Source of the DNA: an uncultured Gammaproteobacteria bacterium
GTDB taxonomy: Bacteria; Pseudomonadota; Gammaproteobacteria; JACCXJ01
Length of the DNA: 64,000 nucleotides
Assembly: GCA_963764725.1 (NCBI GenBank)
Contig: CAVXTM010000015.1
Location: 160,001 to 224,000 of the forward strand
Direction: 5' to 3'
Each line of letters begins with the position of its first letter. Positions within the stretch are counted from its first letter, which is position 1. Position numbers and translations under genes: made by a program. Below the pieces are notes generated by a model. The model had not been told where the DNA came from. It made no database searches and saw nothing but the letters and a program-made list of their open reading frames with translations. Below are positions 28,340 to 39,102 of this stretch, one piece after another.

Positions 28340-28346
28340 AAACTCT
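28232..28346 (-). repeat. Palindromic MITE copy A (internally deleted, 115 bp)
   Basis: TIR AGAGTTTGTGAA...TTCACAAACTCT; aligns in reverse complement with 51251-51396. Confidence 0.9.
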
Positions 28347-29671
28347 CAGACTTTCCGCAACAGCGCATAAAAGAATCCGTCCGTATTCGCGTCTCCCGGC
28401 AGCAGTTGCACTCCCGCCCCGGTATCCTGGCCGTGCGCTACGGCGATGGGGTCCAAGCGCGCGTCGGCGTGCCGAGCCAAGAAGGCGCGGATCTGGGTTT
28501 GGTTCTCGGCGGGCAGCACCGAGCAGGTTACATACAGGAGCTTGCCGGCATTCGCGAGCAAGGGCCACAAGCCGTTCAAGAGCTGCATTTGCAGGGCGGC
28601 CGATGCCGCGATGTCGGACTCGCGCCGCAGGAGTTTGATATCCGGGTGCCGCCGGATCACCCCGCTGCCCGAGCACGGGGCATCCAAGAGGATGCGATCA
28701 AACGCTTTTCCATCCCACCACGTAGCCGGTACTGAGACGTCGGCACAGTATATCTCGGCGCGCAGGCGTAAACGTTCGAGCGCCGCCCGCAGCGATGCAA
28801 TGCGCGTGGGATCGCAGTCGACTGCGATCATTCGTCGCAACTCGGGATGCATCTCTAGAATATGCGCGCATTTCCCGCCCGGGGCTGCACAAGCGTCCAG
28901 GATCCGGTGGCCGGGGCACGCATCTAACAGCACTGCGGCGATCTGAGCGCCGGCGTCTTGCACGGAGACATGCCCTTGGTCGAAGCCGGGGAGCCGCGAC
29001 ACATCCAGAATTTCCGAAAGCGCGATTGCGTAGGGACTCAAGGAGAGCGGGTGTGCTTCGAGTCCGGCCTGGCTAAGCCGCGCCAAGTAATCCTCACGCG
29101 AGCCGCAACGCACGTTGACGCGCAGGGTCATCGGTGCCCGATCATTGTTGGCTGCGGCGATGCGTTGCCAGGACTCCGGCCAGGCCGTCTTTAGCGCCGC
29201 CAGCAACCACACCGGATGCGCGTATTGCGCAGCCTCGGTGGCCGGCTCGGCGAGCAGCTTGTCGCGGTGCTTCAGGAAAGCACGGAGCACGGCGTTGACG
29301 AGCGGGGCGGCGCGAGCGCGCCCGAGGCGCCGGCTGGCGTCCACAGTCGCGGAGACAGCCGCGTGATCCGGAATACGCAGATACTGGAGCTGATAAATAC
29401 CGATCAAGAGTAAAGCAAAGACCGCGGTGTCGATTTCCTTGTGTGGGCGCGAGAGGAGCTTGATCACAAGCGACTCCAAGGCCGGAAACCAGCGCAAGGC
29501 GCCATAGGCGAGCTCCTGAGCGAGGCCGCGGTCGCGGGGATCACGCAGGTGGCTCAGCAACATCGGCATGCATGCGGCCAAGGACTGGCCCTGCCCCACG
29601 ACGCATGACACGAGCAGCGCGGCAACCGCGCGCGCATCCTTAAGCGGCCGCGGGGACTGCCTACCCGTCAT
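28346..29671 (-). CDS. rsmB: 16S rRNA m5C967 methyltransferase
   Basis: VSVQD, LDACAAPGGK, ILLDAPCSGSGVIRRHPDIK, DGFFYA. Confidence 0.97.
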   Translation of the reverse strand: MTGRQSPRPLKDARAVAALLVSCVVGQGQSLAACMPMLLSHLRDPRDRGLAQELAYGALRWFPALESLVIKLLSRPHKEIDTAVFALLLIGIYQLQYLRIPDHAAVSATVDASRRLGRARAAPLVNAVLRAFLKHRDKLLAEPATEAAQYAHPVWLLAALKTAWPESWQRIAAANNDRAPMTLRVNVRCGSREDYLARLSQAGLEAHPLSLSPYAIALSEILDVSRLPGFDQGHVSVQDAGAQIAAVLLDACPGHRILDACAAPGGKCAHILEMHPELRRMIAVDCDPTRIASLRAALERLRLRAEIYCADVSVPATWWDGKAFDRILLDAPCSGSGVIRRHPDIKLLRRESDIAASAALQMQLLNGLWPLLANAGKLLYVTCSVLPAENQTQIRAFLARHADARLDPIAVAHGQDTGAGVQLLPGDANTDGFFYALLRKV

Positions 29672-30614
29672 GTTTAAGACCCGGATGGGCGTTGAGGAAA
29701 TCCGTCGCGCTCACCGGCTTGCGCCCGGCTGCCTGGACCCGGGTGAGACGCAATATGCCCTCGCCGGTCGCCACATCGATCCCGCCTCTTGCGCCGGATA
29801 GTAGCGCGCCCGGGGCGGCTGGACTGCGGGCCTCGATGGCACGGGCGTTCCACACACGAAATTCCATCCCGCCGAGCCGTGCGAGCGCGACCGGCTTCGG
29901 ATTAAATGCCCGGACCTTGCGTTCCAACTCCGCGGCCGGGCGCAACCAGTCGAGCCAGGTTTCGGCGCGCTCGATCTTATGGGCATAGGTGGCGCCGCCT
30001 TCATCTTGGGCGCGAGGCCGTGAGCGCTCGTTCAAAATGTCCTCGAGGGTCGCGAGTAAGCAGCTTGCGCCGAGCTCGGCCAGCCGTTCCCGCAGGGCGC
30101 CGCCGGTATCACCGGGCAGGATCTCGCAGCGGGCCTGTGCGTAGACGGGACCCGCATCCAAGGCCGCGCTCATCTGCATGATGGAAACGCCGGTTTCACG
30201 ATCGCCCGCGGCCACGGCGCGTTCAATCGGAGCCGCGCCCCGCCAACGCGGTAACAGGGAGGCATGAACATTGATGCATCCACGGCGCGGGATGTCGAGC
30301 ACGGTGCGCGGGAGGATCTGTCCATAGCCGACTACAATCATGAAATCAGGTTCTAACGCGGAGAGGTGGTCCGCTGCCGCCGCATTTTTGAGCGATAGAG
30401 GCTGGCGGATCGCTAGTCCGTGCTCACGTGCCGTGATCTTGACGGCGCTTTCGCGCACTTTGAGTCCCCGGCCGGCCGGCCGGTCCGGCGCGGTGTAGAC
30501 TGCGAGTAAGGAGCCGGGCGCGGCAATGACTAAGGCGCGGAGTATCGTGGCCGCGAACTCCGGCGTGCCCGCGAAAACGATCCTAACCTGCGCAAGCCGT
30601 TCCGGGCCGCTCAT
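29661..30614 (-). CDS. fmt: Methionyl-tRNA formyltransferase
   Basis: [33 protein letters not shown]. Confidence 0.97.
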   Translation of the reverse strand: MSGPERLAQVRIVFAGTPEFAATILRALVIAAPGSLLAVYTAPDRPAGRGLKVRESAVKITAREHGLAIRQPLSLKNAAAADHLSALEPDFMIVVGYGQILPRTVLDIPRRGCINVHASLLPRWRGAAPIERAVAAGDRETGVSIMQMSAALDAGPVYAQARCEILPGDTGGALRERLAELGASCLLATLEDILNERSRPRAQDEGGATYAHKIERAETWLDWLRPAAELERKVRAFNPKPVALARLGGMEFRVWNARAIEARSPAAPGALLSGARGGIDVATGEGILRLTRVQAAGRKPVSATDFLNAHPGLKHDG

Positions 30615-31114
30615 AAGGCGAGTCGTTGCGCCTTTTCCAATTTCTTGCGGAGCCGGTTGCGTTTTAATATCGAAAGGTAGTCCACGAACAGCTTGCCTTC
30701 GAGGTGATCGATCTCATGTTGAATGCACACGGCCAGCAAGCCGTCCGCCGCCAAATTGATCGTCTCTCCCTGGGCGTTAAGTGCCTGTACCTGAATGCGC
30801 TCGGCGCGCTCGACGGTCTCGAAAACGCCGGGAACCGATAAACATCCCTCCTCGGTTTGCTCACGGCCCTCGGTGCCCGTGATGCGGGGGTTGATGAGAC
30901 ACCAAGGTTGGTCATGCCGCTCGGAGACGTCCACGACGATGACCCGTCGGTGGACATTGACCTGGGTGGCGGCAAGCCCGATCCCGGGCGCCGCGTACAT
31001 GGTCTCGAACAGGTCCGAAACCAGTTGCCGCACGCTGTCATCAACGGCTGGCACGGGTTGTGCATTTATCCGAAGGCGGGGATCCGGATAGTGCAATATA
31101 TCTAAGATGGCCAT
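30611..31114 (-). CDS. def: Peptide deformylase
   Basis: [22 protein letters not shown]. Confidence 0.98.
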   Translation of the reverse strand: MAILDILHYPDPRLRINAQPVPAVDDSVRQLVSDLFETMYAAPGIGLAATQVNVHRRVIVVDVSERHDQPWCLINPRITGTEGREQTEEGCLSVPGVFETVERAERIQVQALNAQGETINLAADGLLAVCIQHEIDHLEGKLFVDYLSILKRNRLRKKLEKAQRLAL

Positions 31115-31251
31115 GCCGCGCGTCCTCCTGTCCGATGGCGCAAATCATAGCAGAAGCTGACTCTAAACTTTAGAGAGCTTTGTGAAATTGGGGTGCTTTT
31201 TGCTGAAATTGATCAACAACATTAAACCTTTGCCGTAAGGGCGACACGACA

Positions 31252-32379
31252 ATGAAAAAATATGTATTTCTATTACTCTCCGCGTTGGCCTCCCTACCTT
31301 GCTACGGCGAGGATTTGGCGCTGAACCCGAGCCACCCCGACCGCTATGTCGTGAAGCGCGGCGATACCTTATGGGACATTTCCGCGGTCTTCTTGAGGAA
31401 ACCATGGCTCTGGCCACAGATTTGGCAGGTGAATCCGCAGGTGCGGAATCCGAACCGCATCTATCCCGGCGATATTCTTTATTTAACCTACCGAGACGGT
31501 AAACCCATGTTGGGGCGGACTCGGGGCAGGAACGTCAAATTATCGCCGTCGGTGCGCGCGTCGGAACACGACGACGCGCTGCCGGCGATCCCGCTCGATG
31601 CTATCTGGCCATTCTTGAGCCGGCCACAGGTGGTCGGAGCCGATGAGCTTGCCAACGCACCTTACATCGTCTCCAGTCAGGACGAGCATCTGGTGACCGG
31701 CTTGGGGAATCGCGTCTATGTGCGCGGTCGATTGGATGAGAAAGTCAAGCGCTACACGGTGGTTCGCTGCGGCGAGGTCTATCGGGAACCGCCGGCTGTG
31801 AAGGACGCCAATTATCGAGTCGCTGTCCGCAAGGATGTCGCTCAGGGCTACGCGTCCAATTGTCTGGGCGAGAGCGGCGACGATGTTCTAGGGTACGAAG
31901 CCCTCCATGTCGCCGATGTGGTCATCGACAGGCTGGGGGATCCGGCATCCGCCGTGATTACCAGTTCACAACGGGAGGTTTTGGTGGGCGATCGGTTGAT
32001 CCCGGAAGCAAAAGGCGATTATCCGGAGTTCGTTCCGCATGCGCCGGACGGGGACATCGGCGGATCGATAATATCGATCATGGATGCCGTGTCCCAGGTC
32101 GGGCCGCAGCAAGTCGTGGTGATCAATCGGGGCGTGCAGGCGGGACTCGAGCCCGGGCATGTATTAGCGATCTTCCGTAGTGGCGTTATCGTTCGCGACG
32201 ATGTGGCGGGAAGAGCATCGGCTGCAAGCTATAGCGGGGGATTAAGCCGGGACGTCGAGCTTCCGCACGAACGCATCGGGGAGCTGATGGTGTTCCGCGC
32301 CTTCCCGAACGTGAGCTATGCGCTGGTGATGAACGCCGATCGCTCCGTGTACCGCTATGATACGGTAAGCAATCCTTAA
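31252..32379 (+). CDS. LysM-domain protein (TsaP-like)
   Basis: Signal peptide, YVVKRGDTLWDIS, WPQIW..NP...NP..IYPG; def/LysM/dprA order. Confidence 0.92.
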   Translation: MKKYVFLLLSALASLPCYGEDLALNPSHPDRYVVKRGDTLWDISAVFLRKPWLWPQIWQVNPQVRNPNRIYPGDILYLTYRDGKPMLGRTRGRNVKLSPSVRASEHDDALPAIPLDAIWPFLSRPQVVGADELANAPYIVSSQDEHLVTGLGNRVYVRGRLDEKVKRYTVVRCGEVYREPPAVKDANYRVAVRKDVAQGYASNCLGESGDDVLGYEALHVADVVIDRLGDPASAVITSSQREVLVGDRLIPEAKGDYPEFVPHAPDGDIGGSIISIMDAVSQVGPQQVVVINRGVQAGLEPGHVLAIFRSGVIVRDDVAGRASAASYSGGLSRDVELPHERIGELMVFRAFPNVSYALVMNADRSVYRYDTVSNP

Positions 32380-32438
32380 GCGCTTGGAGCGATGCTCGCT
32401 CAGCGTCCAAGCTGCAGCGGTGATAAGCTTGGTACACT

Positions 32439-33560
32439 ATGAGCGTCGAGGACACGCGGGACGAGCGGGCGCATTGGATTGCCTTGCACCGTGCGCCGGG
32501 CATCGGGCCCAAGGCATTTTTTGATTTACTCGCGCGCTATGGGAGCGCGGAAGCTGTCTTCGCGGCCAGATCGATGGAACTTGAGCGCCACGGTCTCAGG
32601 AGCGAGTCCCTCGCTTTTATCAAAGCGCCGGATTGGCAGGCCGTCACCACGGCCGTGGGGTGGTTACGCGAGGATGAGCATCAGTTGATTCTTTGGAGTG
32701 AGGAAGCCTACCCGCCCCTCCTGCGCACGCTCTCCGACCCGCCGCCGCTGCTTTATGTCATCGGGGATTCGGGGATCCTCGCGAGGCCGCAGATCGCCGT
32801 GGTCGGAAGCCGTCACCCGACCGCCACCGGCGAGCAAACGGCCGTCGAATTCAGCCGGCTGCTTGCGCTCGCCGGATGGGTCATCACCAGTGGCCTGGCC
32901 CTCGGCATCGATGCCGCAGCGCACCGCGGTGCGCTGGCGGCAAGGGGTGCGACGATTGCGGTCAGCGGTACCGGCCTCGATCTGATCTACCCGGCGAGCA
33001 ATCGCGCCCTGGCGCTCGACATCCAGGCCTCGGGAGGAGCGATTGTCTCGGAGCTGCCCCTTGGTACCCCGGCGATCGCCCGCAATTTCCCGCGCCGCAA
33101 TCGCCTGATCAGCGGGCTCTGTCTTGGGGTAGTGATCGTCGAAGCGGCGCTGCGTAGCGGATCGTTGATTACCGCGCGCTGTGCCATGGAACAAGGACGA
33201 GAGGTATTCGCGCTCCCCGGCTCCATCCGCAATCCGCTTGCCCAGGGGTGCCATGGGCTAATTCAGCAGGGCGCAAAACTCGTCACCAAGGTCGCGGACA
33301 TCCTGGAGGAGCTGAACTGTGTGCTTCCACCTCCAGCGCCGGTATCCAACCTCCCGCATGCACCCCATGAGGCGAGCGAGGCACTCGATCCCGACTATCA
33401 GAGTTTGCTACATTGTATGGGTGGGGATCCTGTCTCGGTCGATAGCTTGGTCGAACGCAGCGGATTGACCGCGAGCGCCGTGTCGTCCATGCTCTTGATA
33501 CTGGAATTACGCGGTTACGTGGGTGCGGAAGCATGCGGCGTGTACGTGCGGCAGAAGTAG
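32439..33560 (+). CDS. dprA: DNA-processing protein DprA
   Basis: AVVGSR, ITSGLALGIDAAAH, FPRRNRLISG, SGSLITA. Confidence 0.97.
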   Translation: MSVEDTRDERAHWIALHRAPGIGPKAFFDLLARYGSAEAVFAARSMELERHGLRSESLAFIKAPDWQAVTTAVGWLREDEHQLILWSEEAYPPLLRTLSDPPPLLYVIGDSGILARPQIAVVGSRHPTATGEQTAVEFSRLLALAGWVITSGLALGIDAAAHRGALAARGATIAVSGTGLDLIYPASNRALALDIQASGGAIVSELPLGTPAIARNFPRRNRLISGLCLGVVIVEAALRSGSLITARCAMEQGREVFALPGSIRNPLAQGCHGLIQQGAKLVTKVADILEELNCVLPPPAPVSNLPHAPHEASEALDPDYQSLLHCMGGDPVSVDSLVERSGLTASAVSSMLLILELRGYVGAEACGVYVRQK

Positions 33561-33696
33561 ATTGCACTTTCGAACAGCGGTTACGCTGGGGGTCTTAACC
33601 CGCGTCACCCTGTCCCACCTATCGACGCGCTCGCGGGCGAAGCCGCCTTGAACCAACCTTGTTTAACCTAGTCTCGAACGCCTAAACATTCAGCGC

Positions 33697-36003
33697 ATGT
33701 CGAAGAATTTATTAATCGTCGAATCTCCCGCTAAGGCCAAAACGATTGGCCGCTACCTTGGCAAGGATTTTCGCGTGCTGGCATCCTATGGACACGTACG
33801 CGATCTCAAGCCCAAAGAAGGCGCCGTGGACACCGAGCATGGGTTTGCCATGCACTATGAGCTCATAGAAAAAAACGTTAAACACGTCAATGCGATCGCC
33901 GAGACTATGCGTAGGTCGGACGCGCTCTATCTAGCGACCGACCTCGACCGCGAGGGTGAGGCGATTTCCTGGCATCTTGTGGAGATCCTGAAGGAACGGG
34001 AGGTTCTGGATAACAACAAGCCGGTATACCGGGTCATATTTCACGAGATCACCAAGCGCGCCATTGAGGAGGCCATCCGCAGCCCGAGGGTGTTGTCGGT
34101 CGATTTAGTCAATGCGCAGCAAGCGCGCCGGGCCTTGGATTATTTAGTCGGGTTCAACCTCTCGCCGTTGCTGTGGCGGAAGATCCGACGGGGCTTATCC
34201 GCCGGGCGGGTGCAGAGTCCCGCGCTGCGCATGATCGTGGAGCGCGAAGAGGAGATCGAAGCCTTCGAGTCGCGCGAATATTGGACCGTGGAGGCCCAGG
34301 CCAGGCAGCAAACACAAGCATTCGGCGCCCGGTTGGCCGTTTATCAAGGCGAGAAGCTCAAGCAGTTCAGCATCGTTACGAGCGCGGAAGCGGAAGCCAT
34401 CCGGCAAAATCTACTTACCCAAGCCCAAGGGTGGCTCACCGTTGGCCAAGTCGAGAAGAAACAGCGCAAACGCCTCCCCCCGTCTCCCTTCATCACCTCG
34501 ACCTTACAGCAGGAAGGCGCGCGTAAGCTCGGGTTTACCACACAACGCACGATGCGGATCGCGCAGCAACTCTACGAAGGGATCGATGTCGGCGGCGGCT
34601 CGGCCGGTCTTATAACCTATATGCGCACCGATTCGGTGAGTCTCGCCAGCGATGCGCTGGAGGAAATCAGGGGTTTCATCAGGGTGCGTTTCGGCGCCGG
34701 ACAAGCGCCGGCTCAGGCGCGGCGCTTTAAGACCCAGGCGAAGAATGCTCAGGAAGCTCACGAAGCGATCCGGCCCACCGCGATCCAACGAACGCCCGAG
34801 GAATTGAGGCCTCACTTGAGCGAGGAGCAGTACCGCTTATACGATCTCATTTGGAAGCGTACGCTGGCCTGTCAGATGATCGATGCCATCATCGACACGG
34901 TCGCCGTCGATCTAACTTGCGGGACAGGTGTCGCGTTCCGGGCGACGGGCTCAACGGTTGTGGAGCCGGGGTTTATGGCCGTGTACCTGGAAGGCAAGGA
35001 TGACGGAAAGAACGACGGCGACGAGGGCGCCTTACCGGCGATGAAAGCGGGTGATCGGGTGCCGCTCGCGGACATCACGGCGACCCAGCATTTCACCGAA
35101 CCGCCCCCGCGTTACACCGAAGCGAGTCTGGTGCGATCGCTCGAGGAGCACGGCATCGGCCGCCCTTCGACCTACGCCGCGATTATCTCGACGCTGCAAC
35201 AACGCGAGTATGCGACCTTGGAAAGTAAGCGCTTCAAACCCACTGACGTCGGCAGGATTGTGAGCAGGTTCCTGACCGAGCATTTCACCGACTACGTCGA
35301 TTACGGTTTCACTGCGCGGCTGGAGGACGAGCTAGATGCGGTGTCCCGAGGCGAAAAGGAGTGGACGCCGGTGCTCGAGCATTTTTGGACGCCATTCAAG
35401 GATCTGGTCGATAACAAAGCCGAAACGGTCACCCGCCGCGACGCCACCCAGAAGCTACTCGAAGAGCAGTGTCCTCAGTGCGGTAAGTCCTTGGCGACGC
35501 GCTTGGGGCGGCGCGGCAGCTTTGTCGGCTGCACCGGGTACCCCGACTGTGACTATACCCGGAGCGTGGACGGGCAAGGCCAAGCTACGCCGGTCGCCCA
35601 GGTCGTCGCTGACCGGCATTGTCCCGAGTGCGGTTCGCCGCTATTATTGCGCGAGGGGCGCTACGGTAAATTTATCGGCTGTGGTAGCTATCCGAAATGC
35701 CGGTATATCGAGGCAGTAGAGAAACCGGCGAGCACCGGCGTCACCTGTCCCGAGTGCCGTAGCGGGTATCTCGTGCTTCGCCGCTCTAAGCGCGGGAAGG
35801 TTTTCTATTCTTGTTCCACTTACCCGAGCTGCCGTTACGCGATCTGGAACGAGCCCTTGAGCCAGCCCTGCCCGAAGTGTCATTGGCCGGTCACAATGAC
35901 GAAGACCACCAAGCGTGAGGGCGCCTTGCGCGTCTGCCCACGAACGGGGTGTGGATTCAAGGAGTCGTGGGTCGAACCGGCAAGCCTGTCCGCGGTATCG
36001 TAG
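33697..36003 (+). CDS. topA: DNA topoisomerase I
   Basis: IVESPAKAKTI, DREGEAI, SAGRVQS, LITYMRTDS, C-terminal Zn ribbons. Confidence 0.98.
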   Translation: MSKNLLIVESPAKAKTIGRYLGKDFRVLASYGHVRDLKPKEGAVDTEHGFAMHYELIEKNVKHVNAIAETMRRSDALYLATDLDREGEAISWHLVEILKEREVLDNNKPVYRVIFHEITKRAIEEAIRSPRVLSVDLVNAQQARRALDYLVGFNLSPLLWRKIRRGLSAGRVQSPALRMIVEREEEIEAFESREYWTVEAQARQQTQAFGARLAVYQGEKLKQFSIVTSAEAEAIRQNLLTQAQGWLTVGQVEKKQRKRLPPSPFITSTLQQEGARKLGFTTQRTMRIAQQLYEGIDVGGGSAGLITYMRTDSVSLASDALEEIRGFIRVRFGAGQAPAQARRFKTQAKNAQEAHEAIRPTAIQRTPEELRPHLSEEQYRLYDLIWKRTLACQMIDAIIDTVAVDLTCGTGVAFRATGSTVVEPGFMAVYLEGKDDGKNDGDEGALPAMKAGDRVPLADITATQHFTEPPPRYTEASLVRSLEEHGIGRPSTYAAIISTLQQREYATLESKRFKPTDVGRIVSRFLTEHFTDYVDYGFTARLEDELDAVSRGEKEWTPVLEHFWTPFKDLVDNKAETVTRRDATQKLLEEQCPQCGKSLATRLGRRGSFVGCTGYPDCDYTRSVDGQGQATPVAQVVADRHCPECGSPLLLREGRYGKFIGCGSYPKCRYIEAVEKPASTGVTCPECRSGYLVLRRSKRGKVFYSCSTYPSCRYAIWNEPLSQPCPKCHWPVTMTKTTKREGALRVCPRTGCGFKESWVEPASLSAVS

Positions 36004-36086
36004 TCGAGGCGCCTCCGACTGCCTCTATTAGTAACATGCGCCAAGCTACGCCGCCTTGAGCCTCGGAACCAAGGATCTATGGCCTT

Positions 36087-36590
36087 ATGAAAGTCCCTTT
36101 CGTTGCCGTTTTGGTCGGATCCGACTCCGACCTTCCGGTGATGGAATCCGCGCTAGAGGTATTACGGCGCTTAGGGATTCGGGTCGAGGTGAGAATCGCG
36201 TCCGCGCACAGGACGCCGCTAGAGACACGCGCCTATGTTCAGCAAGCCGAGGAGCGCGGGGCCGCGGTTTTTGTTGCCGCCGCTGGACTGGCCGCACATC
36301 TGGCGGGGGCGGTGGCGGCGCTGACGGTCAAGCCGGTGATCGGCGTACCCATGGCGGGGGGGCCTCTGAACGGGCTCGATGCCCTGCTATCGACAGTGCA
36401 AATGCCGGGTGGTGTGCCGGTGGCTTGCGTTGCCATCGGTCCAGCCGGTGCGAAGAACGCCGGCTATCTGGCGGCCGAGATCTTGGCGCTGCAGGACCCG
36501 GAGATCGCGGAACGCTTGCGGGCGGAACGCTCGGCGACCGCGGATGCGATCAGGCACAAAAACCTCGCGCTCACGAAACGCGGCGGCTAG
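36087..36590 (+). CDS. purE: N5-CAIR mutase
   Basis: [32 protein letters not shown]. Confidence 0.96.
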   Translation: MKVPFVAVLVGSDSDLPVMESALEVLRRLGIRVEVRIASAHRTPLETRAYVQQAEERGAAVFVAAAGLAAHLAGAVAALTVKPVIGVPMAGGPLNGLDALLSTVQMPGGVPVACVAIGPAGAKNAGYLAAEILALQDPEIAERLRAERSATADAIRHKNLALTKRGG

Positions 36591-37186
36591 TGCTTCAATC
36601 GTGGCATCTCGCGCGCGCCGCGCATGTAATTGTGACCGGCGGCATCATCGCTTATCCGACCGAGGCCGTGTTCGGGCTTGGATGCGATCCATTCAATTAC
36701 CGTGCTGTTTCCAGGCTGTTAATGCTTAAGAGGCGGAGCGTCAAGAAAGGCGTGATCGTGATCGCCGCGACGCTACCGGCGATAGAACGCCTTGTATGTT
36801 TTCCGGATGCGGTGAGGCGTGACGAAATCGACCGCACTTGGCCCGGCCCGGTCACGTGGGTGGTGCCGGCGCGATCGTCCGTCCCCCCGTGGTTGACCGG
36901 CGACCGGCGTTACCTTGCGGTGCGGGTAACGGGGCATCCGATCGCGGCGGCGTTATGCCAGCGCGTGGGCGTACTGGTTTCGACCAGCGCCAATCCCGCC
37001 GGCTGTGTCCCAGCCCGGGATCCCGCGCGGGTGCGGGCATATTTCAATGGAGCGATCGATTACTTTGTATCCGGACGGATCGGAGACGAGCCGGGCGTGA
37101 GTGAGATTCGCGATGGGGTGAGCGGGCGGGTTTTACGGCCTCGGCACGGAAGATCGACGACGGATGGACGCTTGGGCGGAGCATGA
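36590..37186 (+). CDS. tsaC: Threonylcarbamoyl-AMP synthase (Sua5/YrdC)
   Basis: IAYPTEAVFGLGCDP, WPGPVTW, VSTSAN; GTG start overlaps the purE stop. Confidence 0.94.
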   Translation: MLQSWHLARAAHVIVTGGIIAYPTEAVFGLGCDPFNYRAVSRLLMLKRRSVKKGVIVIAATLPAIERLVCFPDAVRRDEIDRTWPGPVTWVVPARSSVPPWLTGDRRYLAVRVTGHPIAAALCQRVGVLVSTSANPAGCVPARDPARVRAYFNGAIDYFVSGRIGDEPGVSEIRDGVSGRVLRPRHGRSTTDGRLGGA

Positions 37187-37199
37187 ACTGCCCTCTATA

Positions 37200-37228
37200 T
37201 TGACATTGGTCCATTTATTTTTGAAAAT
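37200..37228 (+). promoter_or_regulatory. sigma70 promoter of the tRNA-tuf operon
   Basis: TTGACA-17 bp-GAAAAT just upstream of tRNA-Tyr. Confidence 0.7.
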
Positions 37229-37245
37229 TGATCGCTTTAGACTTC

Positions 37246-37330
37246 GGAGGGGTACCCAAGCGGCCAACGGGGGCAGACTGTAAATCTGCTGGCTTATGCC
37301 TTCGTAGGTTCGAATCCTACCCCCTCCACC
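37246..37330 (+). tRNA. tRNA-Tyr(GTA)
   Basis: GGAGGGG/CCCCTCC acceptor stem, CTGTAAA anticodon loop, long variable arm, GTTCGAATC. Confidence 0.96.
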
Positions 37331-37364
37331 GGGCAGTAGCCGGGTAGCGAAGGCCGGGCGAGAA

Positions 37365-37438
37365 GCGGGTGTAGTTCAACGGTAGAACCTCAGCCTTCCA
37401 AGCTGATGACATGGGTTCGATTCCCATCACCCGCTCCA
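37365..37438 (+). tRNA. tRNA-Gly(TCC)
   Basis: GCGGGTG/CACCCGC stem, TTCCAA loop, CCA end. Confidence 0.96.
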
Positions 37439-37444
37439 GTTGAC

Positions 37445-37520
<76 letters not shown>

Positions 37521-37694
37521 GTTCTAGGGCACGTACAATATATCGCCCGCGGGGCAGGTGTCCCGCGGACCACCAAAGGGGAGAGTTGCACTTCTCCCCT
37601 TTGGAAACCCTAATGCTAGAGTGCCCGCCGGAAGCGGCGGGGTATTAATGAAAACCGTCGAGCGGTGAGACGAGCGAAAGCGGAGAACTGAGTT

Positions 37695-38885
37695 ATGTCC
37701 AAGGAGAAATTTCAGCGAACGAAGCCGCATGTGAATGTAGGGACGATAGGGCATGTGGATCATGGGAAGACGACGTTGACGGCGGCGTTGACGATGGTGA
37801 TGTCGAAGAAGTTTGGAGGGGAGGTCAAGGGTTATGATCAGATCGACAATGCGCCCGAGGAGAAGGCGAGGGGGATCACGATAGCGACGGCGCATGTGGA
37901 GTACCAGAGTGAGAAGCGGCACTATGCGCATGTGGACTGTCCGGGGCATGCGGATTATGTGAAGAACATGATCACGGGGGCGGCGCAGATGGATGGGGCG
38001 ATATTAGTGGTGAGTGCGGCGGATGGGCCGATGCCGCAGACGCGCGAGCACATTTTGTTGGCGCGTCAGGTAGGGGTGCCCTACATTGTGGTGTACATGA
38101 ACAAGGCGGACATGGTGGATGATGCGGAGTTACTGGAATTAGTGGAGATGGAGGTCAGGGAGTTACTGGACAGTTACAAGTTTCCCGGGGAGAAGACGCC
38201 GGTGGTGGTGGGGAGTGCGTTGAAGGCGTTGGAGGGGGAGGGGAGTGAGCTTGGGGTGCAGTCCATCGAGAAGCTAGTGGCGGCGATGGATGAGTACATT
38301 CCGGTGCCCGAGCGGGCGGTGGATCAGCCGTTTTTGATGCCGATTGAGGATGTATTTTCGATCTCCGGGCGGGGGACGGTGGTGACGGGTCGAGTGGAGC
38401 GTGGGCGGGTCAAGGTCGGGGAGGAGGTAGCGATTGTTGGGATCCGGGAGACGCAGAAGACGATCTGCACGGGGGTGGAGATGTTTCGGAAGTTATTGGA
38501 TGAAGGGCAGGCGGGGGACAATGTCGGGGTGTTGCTGAGGGGGACCAAGCGCGAGGAGGTGGAGCGTGGACAGGTATTATGCAAGCCGGGGAGTGTGACG
38601 CCGCACACCCATTTTGAGGCGGAGGTGTATGTGTTATCGAAGGAAGAGGGAGGGAGGCACACGCCGTTTTTCAGCAATTACCGGCCGCAGTTTTATTTTC
38701 GGACCACCGATGTAACGGGGGCGGTGGAGTTACCCTCAGGGGTGGAGATGGTGATGCCTGGGGACAATGTGAAGATGGTGGTGAAGTTGATTGCGCCGAT
38801 TGCGATGGAAGAGGGGGTGAGGTTTGCGATCCGCGAAGGGGGCCGCACCGTCGGGGCCGGCGTCGTCGCTAAGGTCATCGAGTAG
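37695..38885 (+). CDS. tuf: Elongation factor Tu (copy 1)
   Basis: [21 protein letters not shown]. Confidence 0.99.
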   Translation: MSKEKFQRTKPHVNVGTIGHVDHGKTTLTAALTMVMSKKFGGEVKGYDQIDNAPEEKARGITIATAHVEYQSEKRHYAHVDCPGHADYVKNMITGAAQMDGAILVVSAADGPMPQTREHILLARQVGVPYIVVYMNKADMVDDAELLELVEMEVRELLDSYKFPGEKTPVVVGSALKALEGEGSELGVQSIEKLVAAMDEYIPVPERAVDQPFLMPIEDVFSISGRGTVVTGRVERGRVKVGEEVAIVGIRETQKTICTGVEMFRKLLDEGQAGDNVGVLLRGTKREEVERGQVLCKPGSVTPHTHFEAEVYVLSKEEGGRHTPFFSNYRPQFYFRTTDVTGAVELPSGVEMVMPGDNVKMVVKLIAPIAMEEGVRFAIREGGRTVGAGVVAKVIE

Positions 38886-38981
38886 CGCGCTACCGCGCGC
38901 CATATGGGCAGAGTTTAAGTCGTCGGAACAAATTAGAGGATCTTATCGGAACCTAGCGCGACCTAGCCTTTTTAGGGGTAT

Positions 38982-39054
38982 AGGCCAGTAGCTCAATTGG
39001 CAGAGCGGCGGTCTCCAAAACCGCAGGTTGGGGGTTCGAGTCCCTCCTGGCCTG
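38982..39054 (+). tRNA. tRNA-Trp(CCA)
   Basis: AGGCCAG/CTGGCCT stem, CTCCAAA loop; position tuf-Trp-secE. Confidence 0.95.
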
Positions 39055-39102
39055 CAATTGCGTGCAGGGTGGAAGCCACGACGGGTCGGCGGCGCACCTA
39101 AT

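Noticed and set aside
36056-36589. Long N-terminal extension of tsaC (376 aa ORF)
   Set aside because: Alternative frame over purE; the real start is the GTG at 36590.
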